DNA of 64,000 nt, taken from NCBI GenBank assembly GCA_023460085.1, contig JAEWRI010000023.1, forward strand, positions 69,412 through 133,411, in the 5' to 3' direction. Numbering within the stretch: the first letter of the stretch is position 1; every line of letters starts with the position of its first letter. This document shows, piece after piece, positions 1-9,551 of this stretch. The notes under the pieces were generated by a model. It was not told the DNA's origin and did no database searches. It was given only the letters and a program-made list of their open reading frames with translations. The translations under genes were made by a program, and so were the position numbers. This stretch comes from Bacillota bacterium (lineage in GTDB: Bacteria; Bacillota; Clostridia; Christensenellales; SZUA-584).

Positions 1-1
1 C

Positions 2-841
2 GTGATTCGCGTTCGTCCGGTGAAGGGCGGAAAAGACGACTGGGGCGTCAATTGGTTGTATACCAATGAAGAAGAAGGCAGTTATCCCGATAACAAGGCG
101 GTGATCGATATCGAAGACATCGACGCGTTTGAGGTGCCCCAAACCGACTGGGCTGAAGTTTCCGGCGATATCTGCCGGCAGCTGTGCGAATTCGAGGGGA
201 AAGACATACTTCCAATCGCATATGACGAACTGCTGCTGTTTGAACGCGTGCAGCTTCTGCTGGGATTCGAAGGCTTTATGATTGCGCTGGTAGAATACCG
301 TGACGCGCTGGACGGACTGATTGAAAAAATCTATCAGTACAACAGACGGTTTGTGCAGGTGTTGCTGGAGACGAATATCGCCGGTATACGGTTTACAGAT
401 GACTGGGGTATGCAGGACAGGCTGTTTATTTCACCTGCAGACTGGAGGGCTCTATTCAAGGAACGGTATCGCGCGCTGTACGGGCTAGTGAAGGCGCAGG
501 GGAAGCTTGTGTTTCAGCATTCATGTGGCCGAATCGAAGAGATTATGGACGATATTGTTGAGCTGGGCGTGGATGTTCTGGATCCTTGTCAGCCAGCCGC
601 TAACGATATCTTTGCGATGAAGCGTCACTACGGAAACGCTATTACATTTATGGGCGGCTTGGATACACAGACGTGGCTTACTTTTGGTACGCCTCAGGAA
701 GTATATGATAATACGCTGAGGACGCTGGCGGTGATGGCGGATGGCGGCGGTTATATTGCGGCGCCCAGCCATACGATTACCATCCCTGCGGAAAACCGGG
801 CTGCGATGGAACGCGCGATCGCAGATTATAATCGAATATGA
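2..841 (+). CDS. uroporphyrinogen decarboxylase (URO-D/MtaA-like) family protein, 5' end outside window
   Basis: ORF is open to the window edge. Motifs FQHSCG, DVLDPCQP and GGYIAAPSH are typical of the URO-D family. Its stop overlaps the next start (ATGA). Confidence 0.6.
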   Translation: MIRVRPVKGGKDDWGVNWLYTNEEEGSYPDNKAVIDIEDIDAFEVPQTDWAEVSGDICRQLCEFEGKDILPIAYDELLLFERVQLLLGFEGFMIALVEYRDALDGLIEKIYQYNRRFVQVLLETNIAGIRFTDDWGMQDRLFISPADWRALFKERYRALYGLVKAQGKLVFQHSCGRIEEIMDDIVELGVDVLDPCQPAANDIFAMKRHYGNAITFMGGLDTQTWLTFGTPQEVYDNTLRTLAVMADGGGYIAAPSHTITIPAENRAAMERAIADYNRI

Positions 842-1416
842 CGGGCGGAGGGCCTATGAGTGAAATTCGTAAGGACATGGAAAACGTTTTAAGTGAGCTG
901 TCTCAGGTGTTTATTGCCATGAATGATTCCGAAGTCGAAAAACTGGCGGATGCCATTACCCATGCGGCAAAGGTTTTCGTAGTAGGAGTGGGCCGCGTTC
1001 TGCTGTCGGCGCAGGCCTTTGTCAAGCGGCTTTGGCATATTGGAATACCGGCTTACTATGTGGGGCAGATTGACGAACCGGCTGCGACGTCGGATGATTT
1101 ATTGATCGTGGTATCAAACAGCGGTGAATCGATTTTCCCGCTCGCGGTGGCAACAAAGGCGAGCGCACTGGGGGTCCCCATCGCTTACATTGGCAGCAGC
1201 CCGGGCAGTTCTATCGGGCAGCTTTCCAGACTGAAGGTGGTTGTGCCGGTTGCAAGCAAGTTTGGAAACGAAGCCAGCGTAAAATCGGTGCAGCCCATGA
1301 CGAGTCTTTTTGAACAGACAATTCTGATGCTGGGCGATATCATTGTATTGCGGCTCATCCACGAGAGAAATCTGAATGCGGGAAACATGTGGGGTTCACA
1401 CGCGAATCTGGAATAG
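838..1416 (+). CDS. SIS-domain sugar-phosphate isomerase (6-phospho-3-hexuloisomerase-like)
   Basis: VFVVGVGRV...LLIVVSNSGES is an SIS fold signature. The start is coupled to the upstream gene; an alternative start lies at 856 after GGAGGG. Confidence 0.6.
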   Translation: MTGGGPMSEIRKDMENVLSELSQVFIAMNDSEVEKLADAITHAAKVFVVGVGRVLLSAQAFVKRLWHIGIPAYYVGQIDEPAATSDDLLIVVSNSGESIFPLAVATKASALGVPIAYIGSSPGSSIGQLSRLKVVVPVASKFGNEASVKSVQPMTSLFEQTILMLGDIIVLRLIHERNLNAGNMWGSHANLE

Positions 1417-1568
1417 CGAGACAAAATGTAACATTCCGTCACTCTACCCGAGGCCGCACTCAAGACAGGTTTGGACTTGGCATGGACTGCATTGCCGAGT
1501 TAATAAATGATAACCTGATTAATATAAAAACCCCTTTGTGTTATTGCGGTCACCGGGCAACTCCCGTT

Positions 1569-1591
1569 TTACAAGAACTTGTGAGTTTTTT
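1569..1591 (+). terminator. putative intrinsic terminator
   Basis: Hairpin TTACAAG/CTTGTGA is followed by a T6 run. It lies about 150 nt after the SIS gene stop. Confidence 0.4.
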
Positions 1592-1792
1592 GTTCGGCAC
1601 TGTTCTCTGAATGTCACATGATTTTCGCGCAATTTTAGCCGCCATTAAACCGGATCATCTTTTAGAGTTCGATTTTTACCGCTTTTACTGCATTGGCATA
1701 TCCCCCCCTCCCCGGCAAGAAATCCATAGTATTGAGAAGCGATTATTAGTATGCCGACAGACATGGTATAATGAAACAAGCAAGGTGACAGT

Positions 1793-2094
1793 ATGATTCG
1801 TATCCTTTTGGCTGATGATGACCCGCGAATACGTTCAATTTAAAGGAGTACTCACAGGCGGAGGACTCGGAGTTATTAGAAGCCGGTGACGGCGAAGAAG
1901 CTCTAAATCTCTTTAGGGCAGAAGAACTTTCCCTTGTCGTCCTCGATGTCATGATGCCGAAGATGGACGGCTGGGCGGTGCTCAAGGAAATCCGGAAAAC
2001 CAGCCAGATCCCTGTTATACTGCTCACCGCCCGGAATGAGGAATATCGCTCTGAATGGTTGCCAAAATTCAAGCCGGGAATGGGAATATGTTGA
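1793..2094 (+). pseudogene. decayed OmpR-type response regulator (receiver domain only, frameshifted and truncated)
   Basis: MIRILLADDDPRIRSI runs into TAA at 1841. The +1 frame continues as LKEYSQ...SLVVLDVMMPKMDGWAVLKEIRKTSQIPVILLTARNEEY, then similarity is lost. No DNA-binding domain is present. Confidence 0.6.
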
Positions 2095-2128
2095 TTCTTT
2101 TATATAAAGGCGTGCTATAATACATAAT

Positions 2129-3697
2129 ATGCTTAAGGCTGATTATATGAAAAGTATGAAGTATGACGATTTTTCTTTTCAACAGGTAAAGAAAAATAAT
2201 ACAAAAACTTCTCGGCGAGTACTTAGGAATGCAGCGATTACAGTAGGCATTGTTGCTCTGGCAACCCTTGTTTCGTTTGTCCTCAGGGCAGTTTTGCATC
2301 TTAACGAATCCAGTTACATTATTACATACATGCTGAGCGTTCTTCTTGTTTCTTACCTTACACAAGGATACACCTACGGGATAATCGCTTCGGTTATATC
2401 TGTTCTCGTGTTCAATTTCTTTTTCACAGAGCCGTATTACACGCTTATGACATACAGCCCGGAATATCCTATCACCTTTGTTGTGATGATGATCGTTTCA
2501 TTAATTACCAGCACATTGACGACACGCGTCAAGTTTGAGACGCAGCGCGCCGAACTCAGAGAAAAGAGGATGCGCATGCTTTACCAGCTTGAACGTGATC
2601 TTTTGGCGATAAGGGATATCAAGGAACTGGCGCAGGTTGCCGCAATAGACATTTCAAAGCTGTTCGGGAAATCGGTATTGGTGACAGTATCAAACACCAG
2701 CGGTCAATGGGGCGGAGGTTATATTGAGGGCCAGAATGTATTTGATTCCGGCACGGAGATGAGCGCATGTATGGAAGCGTTTCGATCGGGCAATGCATGC
2801 GGAACAGGAACGCCGCTGTTCGGGGATAGCCGCGCATATTTTCAGCCCATAAAGGGCCAGCGCGGAGTGTTGGGAATCATCGGAATTGCATTGCCGGACG
2901 GTTCACAGATACCCGAAAGTCAAAGAGTTTTCCCCGAGACTATCGGCGCACAAATCGCGCTGGTTATAGAACGCGAGATGATGTACGAAAGGCAGCAGCG
3001 CGCGCAGTTGGAAATCGAGCGCGAAAGGCTAAAGGGCGACTTGCTTCGCTCTGTTTCCCATGACTTGAGAACGCCCTTGGCCGGCATACTGGGTGCCGCA
3101 AGTACGGTTATCGAGAATTATGAACAGCTGACGGATGAGGTGCGGAAAGACTTTTTGCAGGGGATTTGCACCGATGCGGAATGGCTCAATCATCTGGTGG
3201 ATAATATCTTGAGCATGACGCGTTTCAGCGAGGGAACGGTGATGCTGAAAAAAGAGATGGAAGCCGTCGAAGAACTGGTTGCCGGAGCTGTGCAGCGCAT
3301 TAGGAAAAGAACGCAGAAAAAGGATATCACCATTTCGATACCGCACGAGTTGATCATGATTCCCGTCGAAGGTATACTCATTGAGCAGGTGCTGGTTAAT
3401 TTATTGGAGAATGCGATAAAGCATACTCCGGAAAACGCAAAGGTTCATGTCACCGTCGAAAGTGAAGGCGGGAATATTATGTTCTCGGTTCATGATAACG
3501 GCCCTGGAATTCCCGAAGAAGAGCTCCCCCTGGTTTTCGAAAGATTCTTTACGTCGGCAAAGCAGGGACGTCGCGGGTTGGGCCTCGGACTCGCGATCTG
3601 CAAATCCATCGTGGAGGCGCATGGCGGTACAATCATCGCGTTCAACGCTCCTGAAGGCGGGGCGGTATTTCGCTTTTGTTTGCCGGAAAAGGAGTAG
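2129..3697 (+). CDS. kdpD: KdpD-like sensor histidine kinase lacking the N-terminal KdpD/Usp sensor region (DUF4118 TM + HisKA + HATPase)
   Basis: TM block has FNFFFTEPYYTL. H-box is SHDLRTPL, and N/G boxes (NAIKHTP, GLGLAICK) are present. Only 522 aa. Alternative starts at 2147 and 2156. Confidence 0.8.
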   Translation: MLKADYMKSMKYDDFSFQQVKKNNTKTSRRVLRNAAITVGIVALATLVSFVLRAVLHLNESSYIITYMLSVLLVSYLTQGYTYGIIASVISVLVFNFFFTEPYYTLMTYSPEYPITFVVMMIVSLITSTLTTRVKFETQRAELREKRMRMLYQLERDLLAIRDIKELAQVAAIDISKLFGKSVLVTVSNTSGQWGGGYIEGQNVFDSGTEMSACMEAFRSGNACGTGTPLFGDSRAYFQPIKGQRGVLGIIGIALPDGSQIPESQRVFPETIGAQIALVIEREMMYERQQRAQLEIERERLKGDLLRSVSHDLRTPLAGILGAASTVIENYEQLTDEVRKDFLQGICTDAEWLNHLVDNILSMTRFSEGTVMLKKEMEAVEELVAGAVQRIRKRTQKKDITISIPHELIMIPVEGILIEQVLVNLLENAIKHTPENAKVHVTVESEGGNIMFSVHDNGPGIPEEELPLVFERFFTSAKQGRRGLGLGLAICKSIVEAHGGTIIAFNAPEGGAVFRFCLPEKE

Positions 3698-3700
3698 GCA

Positions 3701-4390
3701 ATGGAATCGCTGATACTGATTGCGGAAGATGAAAAACCGATACGGCATTTTATCAAGGTCTCGCTGGAGACGCAGAAATACCGCTGTCTAGAGGCGCAGG
3801 ACGGCGCAAACGCACTGATGCTCATCACATCACACCATCCCGATATCGTCATACTCGACCTTGGCCTGCCGGATATGGATGGTCTGGATGTGATTCGCAA
3901 GGTCAGGGAATGGTCGCAAGTGCCCATCATTGTCGTTTCGGCAAGGGGGCATGAACGAGAAAAGGTGGAAGCGCTGGACGCGGGAGCGGATGACTATCTC
4001 ACAAAGCCCTTTTCGGTACCGGAGCTGCTTGCGCGCATCCGCGTTGCACTGCGTCGATACACATCTGCCGCACAGCCCGAAGTCCCTGATTTGTTTAAGC
4101 TGGATCGTTTGACGATAGATTTTGAGAAGCGTCGTGTCACATTGGATGACAAGCTTGTCCATCTGACGCCGACGGAGTATAATCTTCTCACTCTTTTGGC
4201 TAGACACAGCGGAAAAGTAATGACTCATCGTTTCCTGATCGGCCAGGTCTGGGGCGCTTCGGTCTCCGATGATGCGCAAACCCTTCGGGTTTGCATGGGG
4301 AATCTGCGCCGTAAGATAGAAAAGGACACGGCGCAGCCCCGATACATTATCACTGAGGTGGGAGTGGGCTACCGCATGGTGGATGAATGA
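3701..4390 (+). CDS. kdpE: KdpE-like OmpR-family response regulator
   Basis: Receiver (ILDLGLPDMDG, DAGADDYLTKPF) plus winged helix (LTPTEYNLL...GVGYR). An AAGGAG RBS lies 4 nt after the kdpD stop. Confidence 0.85.
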   Translation: MESLILIAEDEKPIRHFIKVSLETQKYRCLEAQDGANALMLITSHHPDIVILDLGLPDMDGLDVIRKVREWSQVPIIVVSARGHEREKVEALDAGADDYLTKPFSVPELLARIRVALRRYTSAAQPEVPDLFKLDRLTIDFEKRRVTLDDKLVHLTPTEYNLLTLLARHSGKVMTHRFLIGQVWGASVSDDAQTLRVCMGNLRRKIEKDTAQPRYIITEVGVGYRMVDE

Positions 4391-4413
4391 TGTTTTTGCA
4401 CGTATACAGGGAT

Positions 4414-4435
4414 AACCGCTGCGGCGGTTTTTTTA
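4414..4435 (+). terminator. intrinsic terminator after kdpE
   Basis: AACCGC-UGCG-GCGGUU hairpin followed by a T7 run. Confidence 0.6.
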
Positions 4436-4532
4436 TACAATCTTTATGCCTCCCTTAGGGTTCATCACACCGTTTTTATACATTTCGTTCTATCATGTAA
4501 TCAGCGAAGTAAGAAGGAAGGCTGAAAAGAAC

Positions 4533-4925
4533 ATGAAAAGAAAAGCGGTCTTGCCTGACGCGTTTTCCGAGGCGGTCAAAGAAGCGGCAACTATTTTGAA
4601 TGCGGGCAGGCTATATGAAGCGTTACAGGTCATTAAGGAAGCGCTCATTCTGAATACGGAGGCCGCGGAGCCACACAATCTTCTCGGCATATTTTTCGAG
4701 ATGAAAGGCGACGATGATAATGCCCGCAAACATTATCGGGCGGCTTACGCGCTTGATCCGACTTATAAACCCGCATGCCGCAACTTAGAAAGACTGGTTG
4801 AATTCGTATGGGGCCCTGTCAGCCGGAAATATGATTTTGGTGTTGAGCTTCAGGGAGAAGGCGAAACAACCCGGTCCAATGATGCGGTTTCGGACTTGGG
4901 CCGCCAAGGGCTTGGAATCGTATAA
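4533..4925 (+). CDS. small TPR-repeat protein
   Basis: MKRKAV start follows AGGAAGG. The TPR-like stretch is HNLLGIFFEMKGDDDNARKHYRAAYALDPTYKPA. The longer ORF from 4446 has no RBS. Confidence 0.5.
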   Translation: MKRKAVLPDAFSEAVKEAATILNAGRLYEALQVIKEALILNTEAAEPHNLLGIFFEMKGDDDNARKHYRAAYALDPTYKPACRNLERLVEFVWGPVSRKYDFGVELQGEGETTRSNDAVSDLGRQGLGIV

Positions 4926-4944
4926 TTTAAGGGAGTTTATATAT

Positions 4945-5574
4945 ATGTATATCATCATAGCGGGCTGCAGAAAAATCGGCTCTAATCTTGCGCTGATGCT
5001 GTCTGAGGAAAATCACGACGTCGTGGTCATTGACAGCGATCCAAATAATTTCGACTTTCTCGGTTCCGGTTTTAATGGGGTGACTATTGCGGGTATGCCG
5101 ATCGACGAGGATGTGCTCCGCAATGCCGGTATAGAGAACGCGGATGCGCTGGCGGCTGTTACCAACGATGACAATATGAACGTGATGGTATCTGAAATCG
5201 CGCGGGATCTGTTTCATGTTCCTGCTGTAATTACACGGCTGTATGATCCCGAACGTGAAATGGTCTTTAAAAAGATGGGGCTAACCACGATCTGCCCGAC
5301 GACACTGGCGGTTGACAGACTCAAAAACATGCTGATTCCACAGGGCGAGCTAGTAACACTGGATATCGCTGGTACGTCTGTCCGCTTTCTTATCACAAAA
5401 CCCGCAAGGCGTCTTTGGGGCAAAAGCCTGTCTGAAGCGAAAGGGCCATTTGTATTCGGGATTATCAGAAAGGGCCGTTTCCAATTTGGCTGTGCCAAAA
5501 CCGTCATCCTTGAGGACGACGCGCTGGTTATCCCTGAATATGCCGGGCAGGAAGGTGAGGCAGCATGTATATAA
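4945..5574 (+). CDS. trkA: Trk/Ktr potassium uptake regulatory subunit (TrkA-N/TrkA-C)
   Basis: MYIIIAGCRKIGSNLA is a Rossmann GxGxxG-type motif. GGGAG RBS is present. The track ORF from 4798 is an upstream extension. Confidence 0.8.
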   Translation: MYIIIAGCRKIGSNLALMLSEENHDVVVIDSDPNNFDFLGSGFNGVTIAGMPIDEDVLRNAGIENADALAAVTNDDNMNVMVSEIARDLFHVPAVITRLYDPEREMVFKKMGLTTICPTTLAVDRLKNMLIPQGELVTLDIAGTSVRFLITKPARRLWGKSLSEAKGPFVFGIIRKGRFQFGCAKTVILEDDALVIPEYAGQEGEAACI

Positions 5575-6230
5575 TCATCGTGGGCGGCGGCAAGGTGGGC
5601 TACTATCTCGCCAAAACGCTGGCGCCGGAGAAGCATCGGATTATGCTGATTGAGGAAGACTGTCAATTGTGTGAGAAGATCGCCTGCGAGCTTATTGACC
5701 TTGGCGTCGGACTGATTCATGGTGACGGTACGGACATCAAGTATCTTAAGGACGCGGAAATCGAAAAAGCGGATTTGCTGATTGCGGTGACCGGGCACGA
5801 TCAGAACAACCTTGTTGCATGCCAGCTGGCTAAGAACTATTTTGGTGTGGCGCGGACCATCGCCCGCGTGAACAATCCGAAAAATATTAACGTGTTTAAG
5901 CGATTGGGCGTGGACTCGACCGTCAGCAGCACCGCGCATATTGCGGACATCATTGAGCAGGAAGTCGACTGGGCAGGCATCAACCGCATGCTTGCGGAAA
6001 GAGTCGGGGATGTGCGGATCAGAGAATTTGCGGTGGCGGAAGCGTCATTATCCGTGGGGAAAAGGGTTGAGGCTTTGAGTATGCCAAAAGGTACGATATT
6101 AATCTCCGTGGTACGTGATAAGGAAGCAATTATACCGAACGGCCAGACAAAGATATTCGCTGGAGATATCGTGGTGGCCTTGACGAACGAAGGCAATATG
6201 CCCAAGGTGGCGTCCTATTTCCTGGGTTAA
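5565..6230 (+). CDS. trkA: Trk/Ktr potassium uptake regulatory subunit (second copy)
   Basis: MYIIIVGGGKVGYYLA. A paralog of the preceding gene, overlapping its end by 10 nt. Confidence 0.85.
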   Translation: MYIIIVGGGKVGYYLAKTLAPEKHRIMLIEEDCQLCEKIACELIDLGVGLIHGDGTDIKYLKDAEIEKADLLIAVTGHDQNNLVACQLAKNYFGVARTIARVNNPKNINVFKRLGVDSTVSSTAHIADIIEQEVDWAGINRMLAERVGDVRIREFAVAEASLSVGKRVEALSMPKGTILISVVRDKEAIIPNGQTKIFAGDIVVALTNEGNMPKVASYFLG

Positions 6231-6241
6231 CGGGGGCTGAA

Positions 6242-6343
6242 ATGAAGAAGGTTTTTGGCTATGTTTCAGGCGTAATTGCGGAAATCATATTCGCCGGGGT
6301 GCTGATACTCATTGGGTTTCTGATTTCTCTGCTGGCTTTGTGA
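6242..6343 (+). CDS. 33-aa hydrophobic micro-protein (hypothetical)
   Basis: MKKVFGYVSGVIAEIIFAGVLILIGFLISLLAL has one predicted TM helix. It fills the trkA-trkH gap exactly. Not in the ORF track because it is under 60 aa. Confidence 0.3.
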   Translation: MKKVFGYVSGVIAEIIFAGVLILIGFLISLLAL

Positions 6344-6349
6344 GGGGTT

Positions 6350-7873
6350 ATGATAGAAAAGCATGTGAGCCGATTGTACCCGATCTGCTATTATATTGGT
6401 ATTGTCATTATCGGGCTGGGCGCAATACAATACATCCCGATTCTGGTCTCGGCAGTATATGCTGAATGGGAAATACTGTATGATTTTGTTATCAGCAGTT
6501 CCATCGCTTTAATTATCGGCGGTACCATGATGCTGGGTTTTAATAAATACAAGCATCAGCATCTGAGCTGGGGCGAAGGCATGATTGTGGCGGCTGGCGC
6601 ATGGTTTGCAGGCATGCTGCTTTGTGCCCTGCCGTACTATTTAAGCGGCAATTATCTGTCTTACTTGGACTGCTGCTTTGATGTGATGAGCGGTTTTACC
6701 ACCACGGGGCTGGCGCTGATACAAGACATGGATCACATATCAAACGGCATCAACATGTGGCGGCTGCTTCTCACCTTCGTGGGCGGCCAAGGTATGGTCG
6801 TTCTCGCATTGACGTTTTTGATTAAGGGTACCAACGGCGCTTATAAAATGTATGTGGGCGAAGCGAAAGACGAGCGGCTGATGCCGAACGCCATCAGCAC
6901 CGCAAGGCACATTTGGCTGATTAGCCTTATCTATCTGGGCGTCGGCACACTGGTGCAATGGATCGCCGGTATTGTGGCGGGCATGTCTGTTGGCCGGGCG
7001 TTTATTCACGGCCTGTGGATATTCATGTCCGCCTGGAGCACGGGAGGTTTTGCGCCGATGTCGCAAAGCATTCTCTATTACCACAGCGCGTTTTATGAGA
7101 TTGTGACAATGGTGTTCTTTATCATCGGCTCGTTTAACTTCGCGTTGCACTACGCCGTTATGACGGGCAGAAGGGGCGAGCTGCGGCGCAATATTGAGAC
7201 GGTGACTTTTACCATTACGGTCACTGTGCTGACCCTCATCGCCACACTGGGGCTACTGCAGAATGGTATCTATACCGACGTGGTCTCCATGTTCCGCAAA
7301 GGGTTCTATCAGCTCATATCCGGCCATACGACGACTGGCTTTATGACCATCTATGCCAGGCAGTTCTACTTTGAGTGGGGCGATATCGCGCTGTTTGCAA
7401 TCATGATAGCCATGCTTTTCGGCGCAAGCGCCTGTTCCACAGCGGGCGGCTTTAAGGGGTTGCGTATCGGCATCATCGTTAATGCTTTTAAGAAGGATAT
7501 TCACCAGATGGTGCTGCCCGAGTCTGCGATATCCGTTAAAAAGTATCACCATATCAAAGATGTTGTGCTGGAGGATAAGGTGGTGCGCAGCGCATTTCTG
7601 ATTGTGTTTGCATACATCGTGACTTTTACGCTGGGAACGCTGGTGGGAATGCTCTGCGGCTATCCGTTTGCGGAGTCAGCGTTTGAATCCGCTTCTGTCA
7701 CAGGAAATGTGGGACTCAGTATCGGTCTCACTAGTGCCGCCATGCCCGCGGTATTGAAGCTGACCTATATACTGATTATGTGGCTGGCGCGGCTCGAGTT
7801 TATGTCGATATTGGCGCTGGGCGTCTATGTTGCAACGAAGGTGAAGAAAAGATGCGAAAGAAAATTTCTATAA
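6350..7873 (+). CDS. trkH: TrkH/KtrB-family potassium transporter membrane subunit
   Basis: Polytopic protein with repeated pore-loop motifs (SGFTTTGL, SAWSTGGF, SGHTTTGF, SVTGNVGLS). Confidence 0.85.
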   Translation: MIEKHVSRLYPICYYIGIVIIGLGAIQYIPILVSAVYAEWEILYDFVISSSIALIIGGTMMLGFNKYKHQHLSWGEGMIVAAGAWFAGMLLCALPYYLSGNYLSYLDCCFDVMSGFTTTGLALIQDMDHISNGINMWRLLLTFVGGQGMVVLALTFLIKGTNGAYKMYVGEAKDERLMPNAISTARHIWLISLIYLGVGTLVQWIAGIVAGMSVGRAFIHGLWIFMSAWSTGGFAPMSQSILYYHSAFYEIVTMVFFIIGSFNFALHYAVMTGRRGELRRNIETVTFTITVTVLTLIATLGLLQNGIYTDVVSMFRKGFYQLISGHTTTGFMTIYARQFYFEWGDIALFAIMIAMLFGASACSTAGGFKGLRIGIIVNAFKKDIHQMVLPESAISVKKYHHIKDVVLEDKVVRSAFLIVFAYIVTFTLGTLVGMLCGYPFAESAFESASVTGNVGLSIGLTSAAMPAVLKLTYILIMWLARLEFMSILALGVYVATKVKKRCERKFL

Positions 7874-8340
7874 TAATCGCTGTTGTTATCTGCTTCTGCC
7901 CTGCGATGTCTCTGGCAAGCGGTGTGGAAGTGACAAGCAGTGACCTGATCAACAACGCCGGAGACTTTGACGGAAAAGAAATCGTTTATACCGGCGAAGT
8001 CATCGGAGACATTTTATCACGCGGAGAGTATTCATGGATCAATGTCAGTGACGGCAGCAATGCTATCGGCGTATGGGTGCAAACCGATGATATCAGCGCT
8101 ATTGATAGCCTAGGCGGCTATACGACGCACGGAGATACGGTCAGGATCACCGGCGTGTTCAACCGCGCCTGCCCGGTGCATGGCGGCGATATGGATATTC
8201 ATGCTGACAGCATTGAGCTCGTTGAGGAGGGGTACAAAGTAGCGCATTTTACGCCGGCTTGGGAAGTCATAACAGCTCCGATTCTGCTTGCAGGCGCTGC
8301 GGTATGTTTAATGCTTGTTATAAAGAATAAGAAAAGATGA
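7852..8340 (+). CDS. exported protein with C-terminal TM anchor (OB-fold-like, hypothetical)
   Basis: Signal peptide MRKKISIIIAVVICFCPAMSLASG and C-terminal TM ending in KNKKR. Overlaps the trkH end by 22 nt. The OB-fold idea is inference only. Confidence 0.5.
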   Translation: MRKKISIIIAVVICFCPAMSLASGVEVTSSDLINNAGDFDGKEIVYTGEVIGDILSRGEYSWINVSDGSNAIGVWVQTDDISAIDSLGGYTTHGDTVRITGVFNRACPVHGGDMDIHADSIELVEEGYKVAHFTPAWEVITAPILLAGAAVCLMLVIKNKKR

Positions 8341-8455
8341 TGAGATATCAGATGTTGTTTAATTGTTTTTATCTATCCGTATCTGAAGGCAGGACACTTG
8401 AGCTGCGGAATACTGCGTGTGCTGCTTAATAAAGCAGTCCATCGGGTATAGTTCC

Positions 8456-9193
8456 CTATTCAAAATGGCGGCCATATTCCTTATTAAATGCGGCCTGGGC
8501 CTCTGCGGTATCAAAGGTGATATCGACCGCCGGAATATATTCCATCATGTATCCTAAGTCGTATAAATCTGCTTTTATAGATGTACCATCCGAGAAAAAA
8601 ATCGTAAAGGAATAATAATCTTCGCCACGGCTGTAATTCGTTGTAACTGCCAATTTATAAATATCGGATGTATTGTATATCGCCGGGTTGAAAGAAAGAC
8701 TCGTAGATACCGTTATACGGTTATTTATGACATATGCGTAATTGTGTATACCCAGCGCGGTTATCACTAAGCAAATGAACAGGCAAATAGCCGCAATCTG
8801 TTTTACGATATGAGTGCTTTTCTTTGCTCGCTTTATACTTTTTATCCTGATTTCTGGCAACGTCGATACCGCAGTAACCATCACCAAAATTGCCACTACA
8901 GCCATGGGTATTATTATCATCATTTCACTGCTGTCTAATCGAAGGGGATAACCGCCGCCGGGCTTTATAAATAATATATTTTGAATAAAAAAACAGAGAG
9001 CAGTACCGCCGAAAAGAGTAATGAATAACGAACCAAGCATAACCGAAAAGAGTTTGATGTATGACCAGCGTCTGCCATTTGCATTTGGCCTGATTGGGTC
9101 TCGTTTGATTAATCTTGTTGACGATACTAAATAAACCGAAATGCTGATTCCGGCACTCAATAAGAATGAAATGATATAGTAAAACATCGGCAT
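8456..9193 (-). CDS. hypothetical polytopic membrane protein (low-GC orphan)
   Basis: 245-aa ORF with about 4 TM helices plus a C-terminal soluble domain. It sits in a visibly AT-rich block. No family recognised. Confidence 0.5.
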   Translation of the reverse strand: MPMFYYIISFLLSAGISISVYLVSSTRLIKRDPIRPNANGRRWSYIKLFSVMLGSLFITLFGGTALCFFIQNILFIKPGGGYPLRLDSSEMMIIIPMAVVAILVMVTAVSTLPEIRIKSIKRAKKSTHIVKQIAAICLFICLVITALGIHNYAYVINNRITVSTSLSFNPAIYNTSDIYKLAVTTNYSRGEDYYSFTIFFSDGTSIKADLYDLGYMMEYIPAVDITFDTAEAQAAFNKEYGRHFE

Positions 9194-9440
9194 TCCCTTC
9201 TCTTAAGGCAACGCTCAAAAACAGTAACTTATCGCGATCAATGACGCCAATGATACAGTGTTGATTATACACCATGTAAGCGCTGTTCACAAATGAACTG
9301 CCGATGAGAAAGCTTTGTTATCAAACCATAGCGGCAGTAAGGCGGAAAACGGTTGACTATTCGCGCAGAGCAAGCGGATGCTGATGAACGGTATTTATTA
9401 AAGAGTATGAATAGCATTCTGTCCCAATAATTAACAGTAA

Positions 9441-9468
9441 ATAAAAAACCGCCTTGTAAAGCGGTTTT
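9441..9468 (-). terminator. intrinsic terminator ending the tRNA transcription unit
   Basis: AAAACCGC/GCGGTTTT stem with a T-run on the minus strand, directly after tRNA-Pro. Confidence 0.7.
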
Positions 9469-9473
9469 ATTTA

Positions 9474-9551
<78 letters not shown>

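Noticed and set aside
1389-1796. 73-aa and 61-aa ORFs in the 376-nt gap between the SIS gene and the response-regulator remnant.
   Set aside because: They have no RBS, odd composition and no recognisable motifs, and a terminator lies inside the first one. The region is more likely non-coding or degraded sequence.
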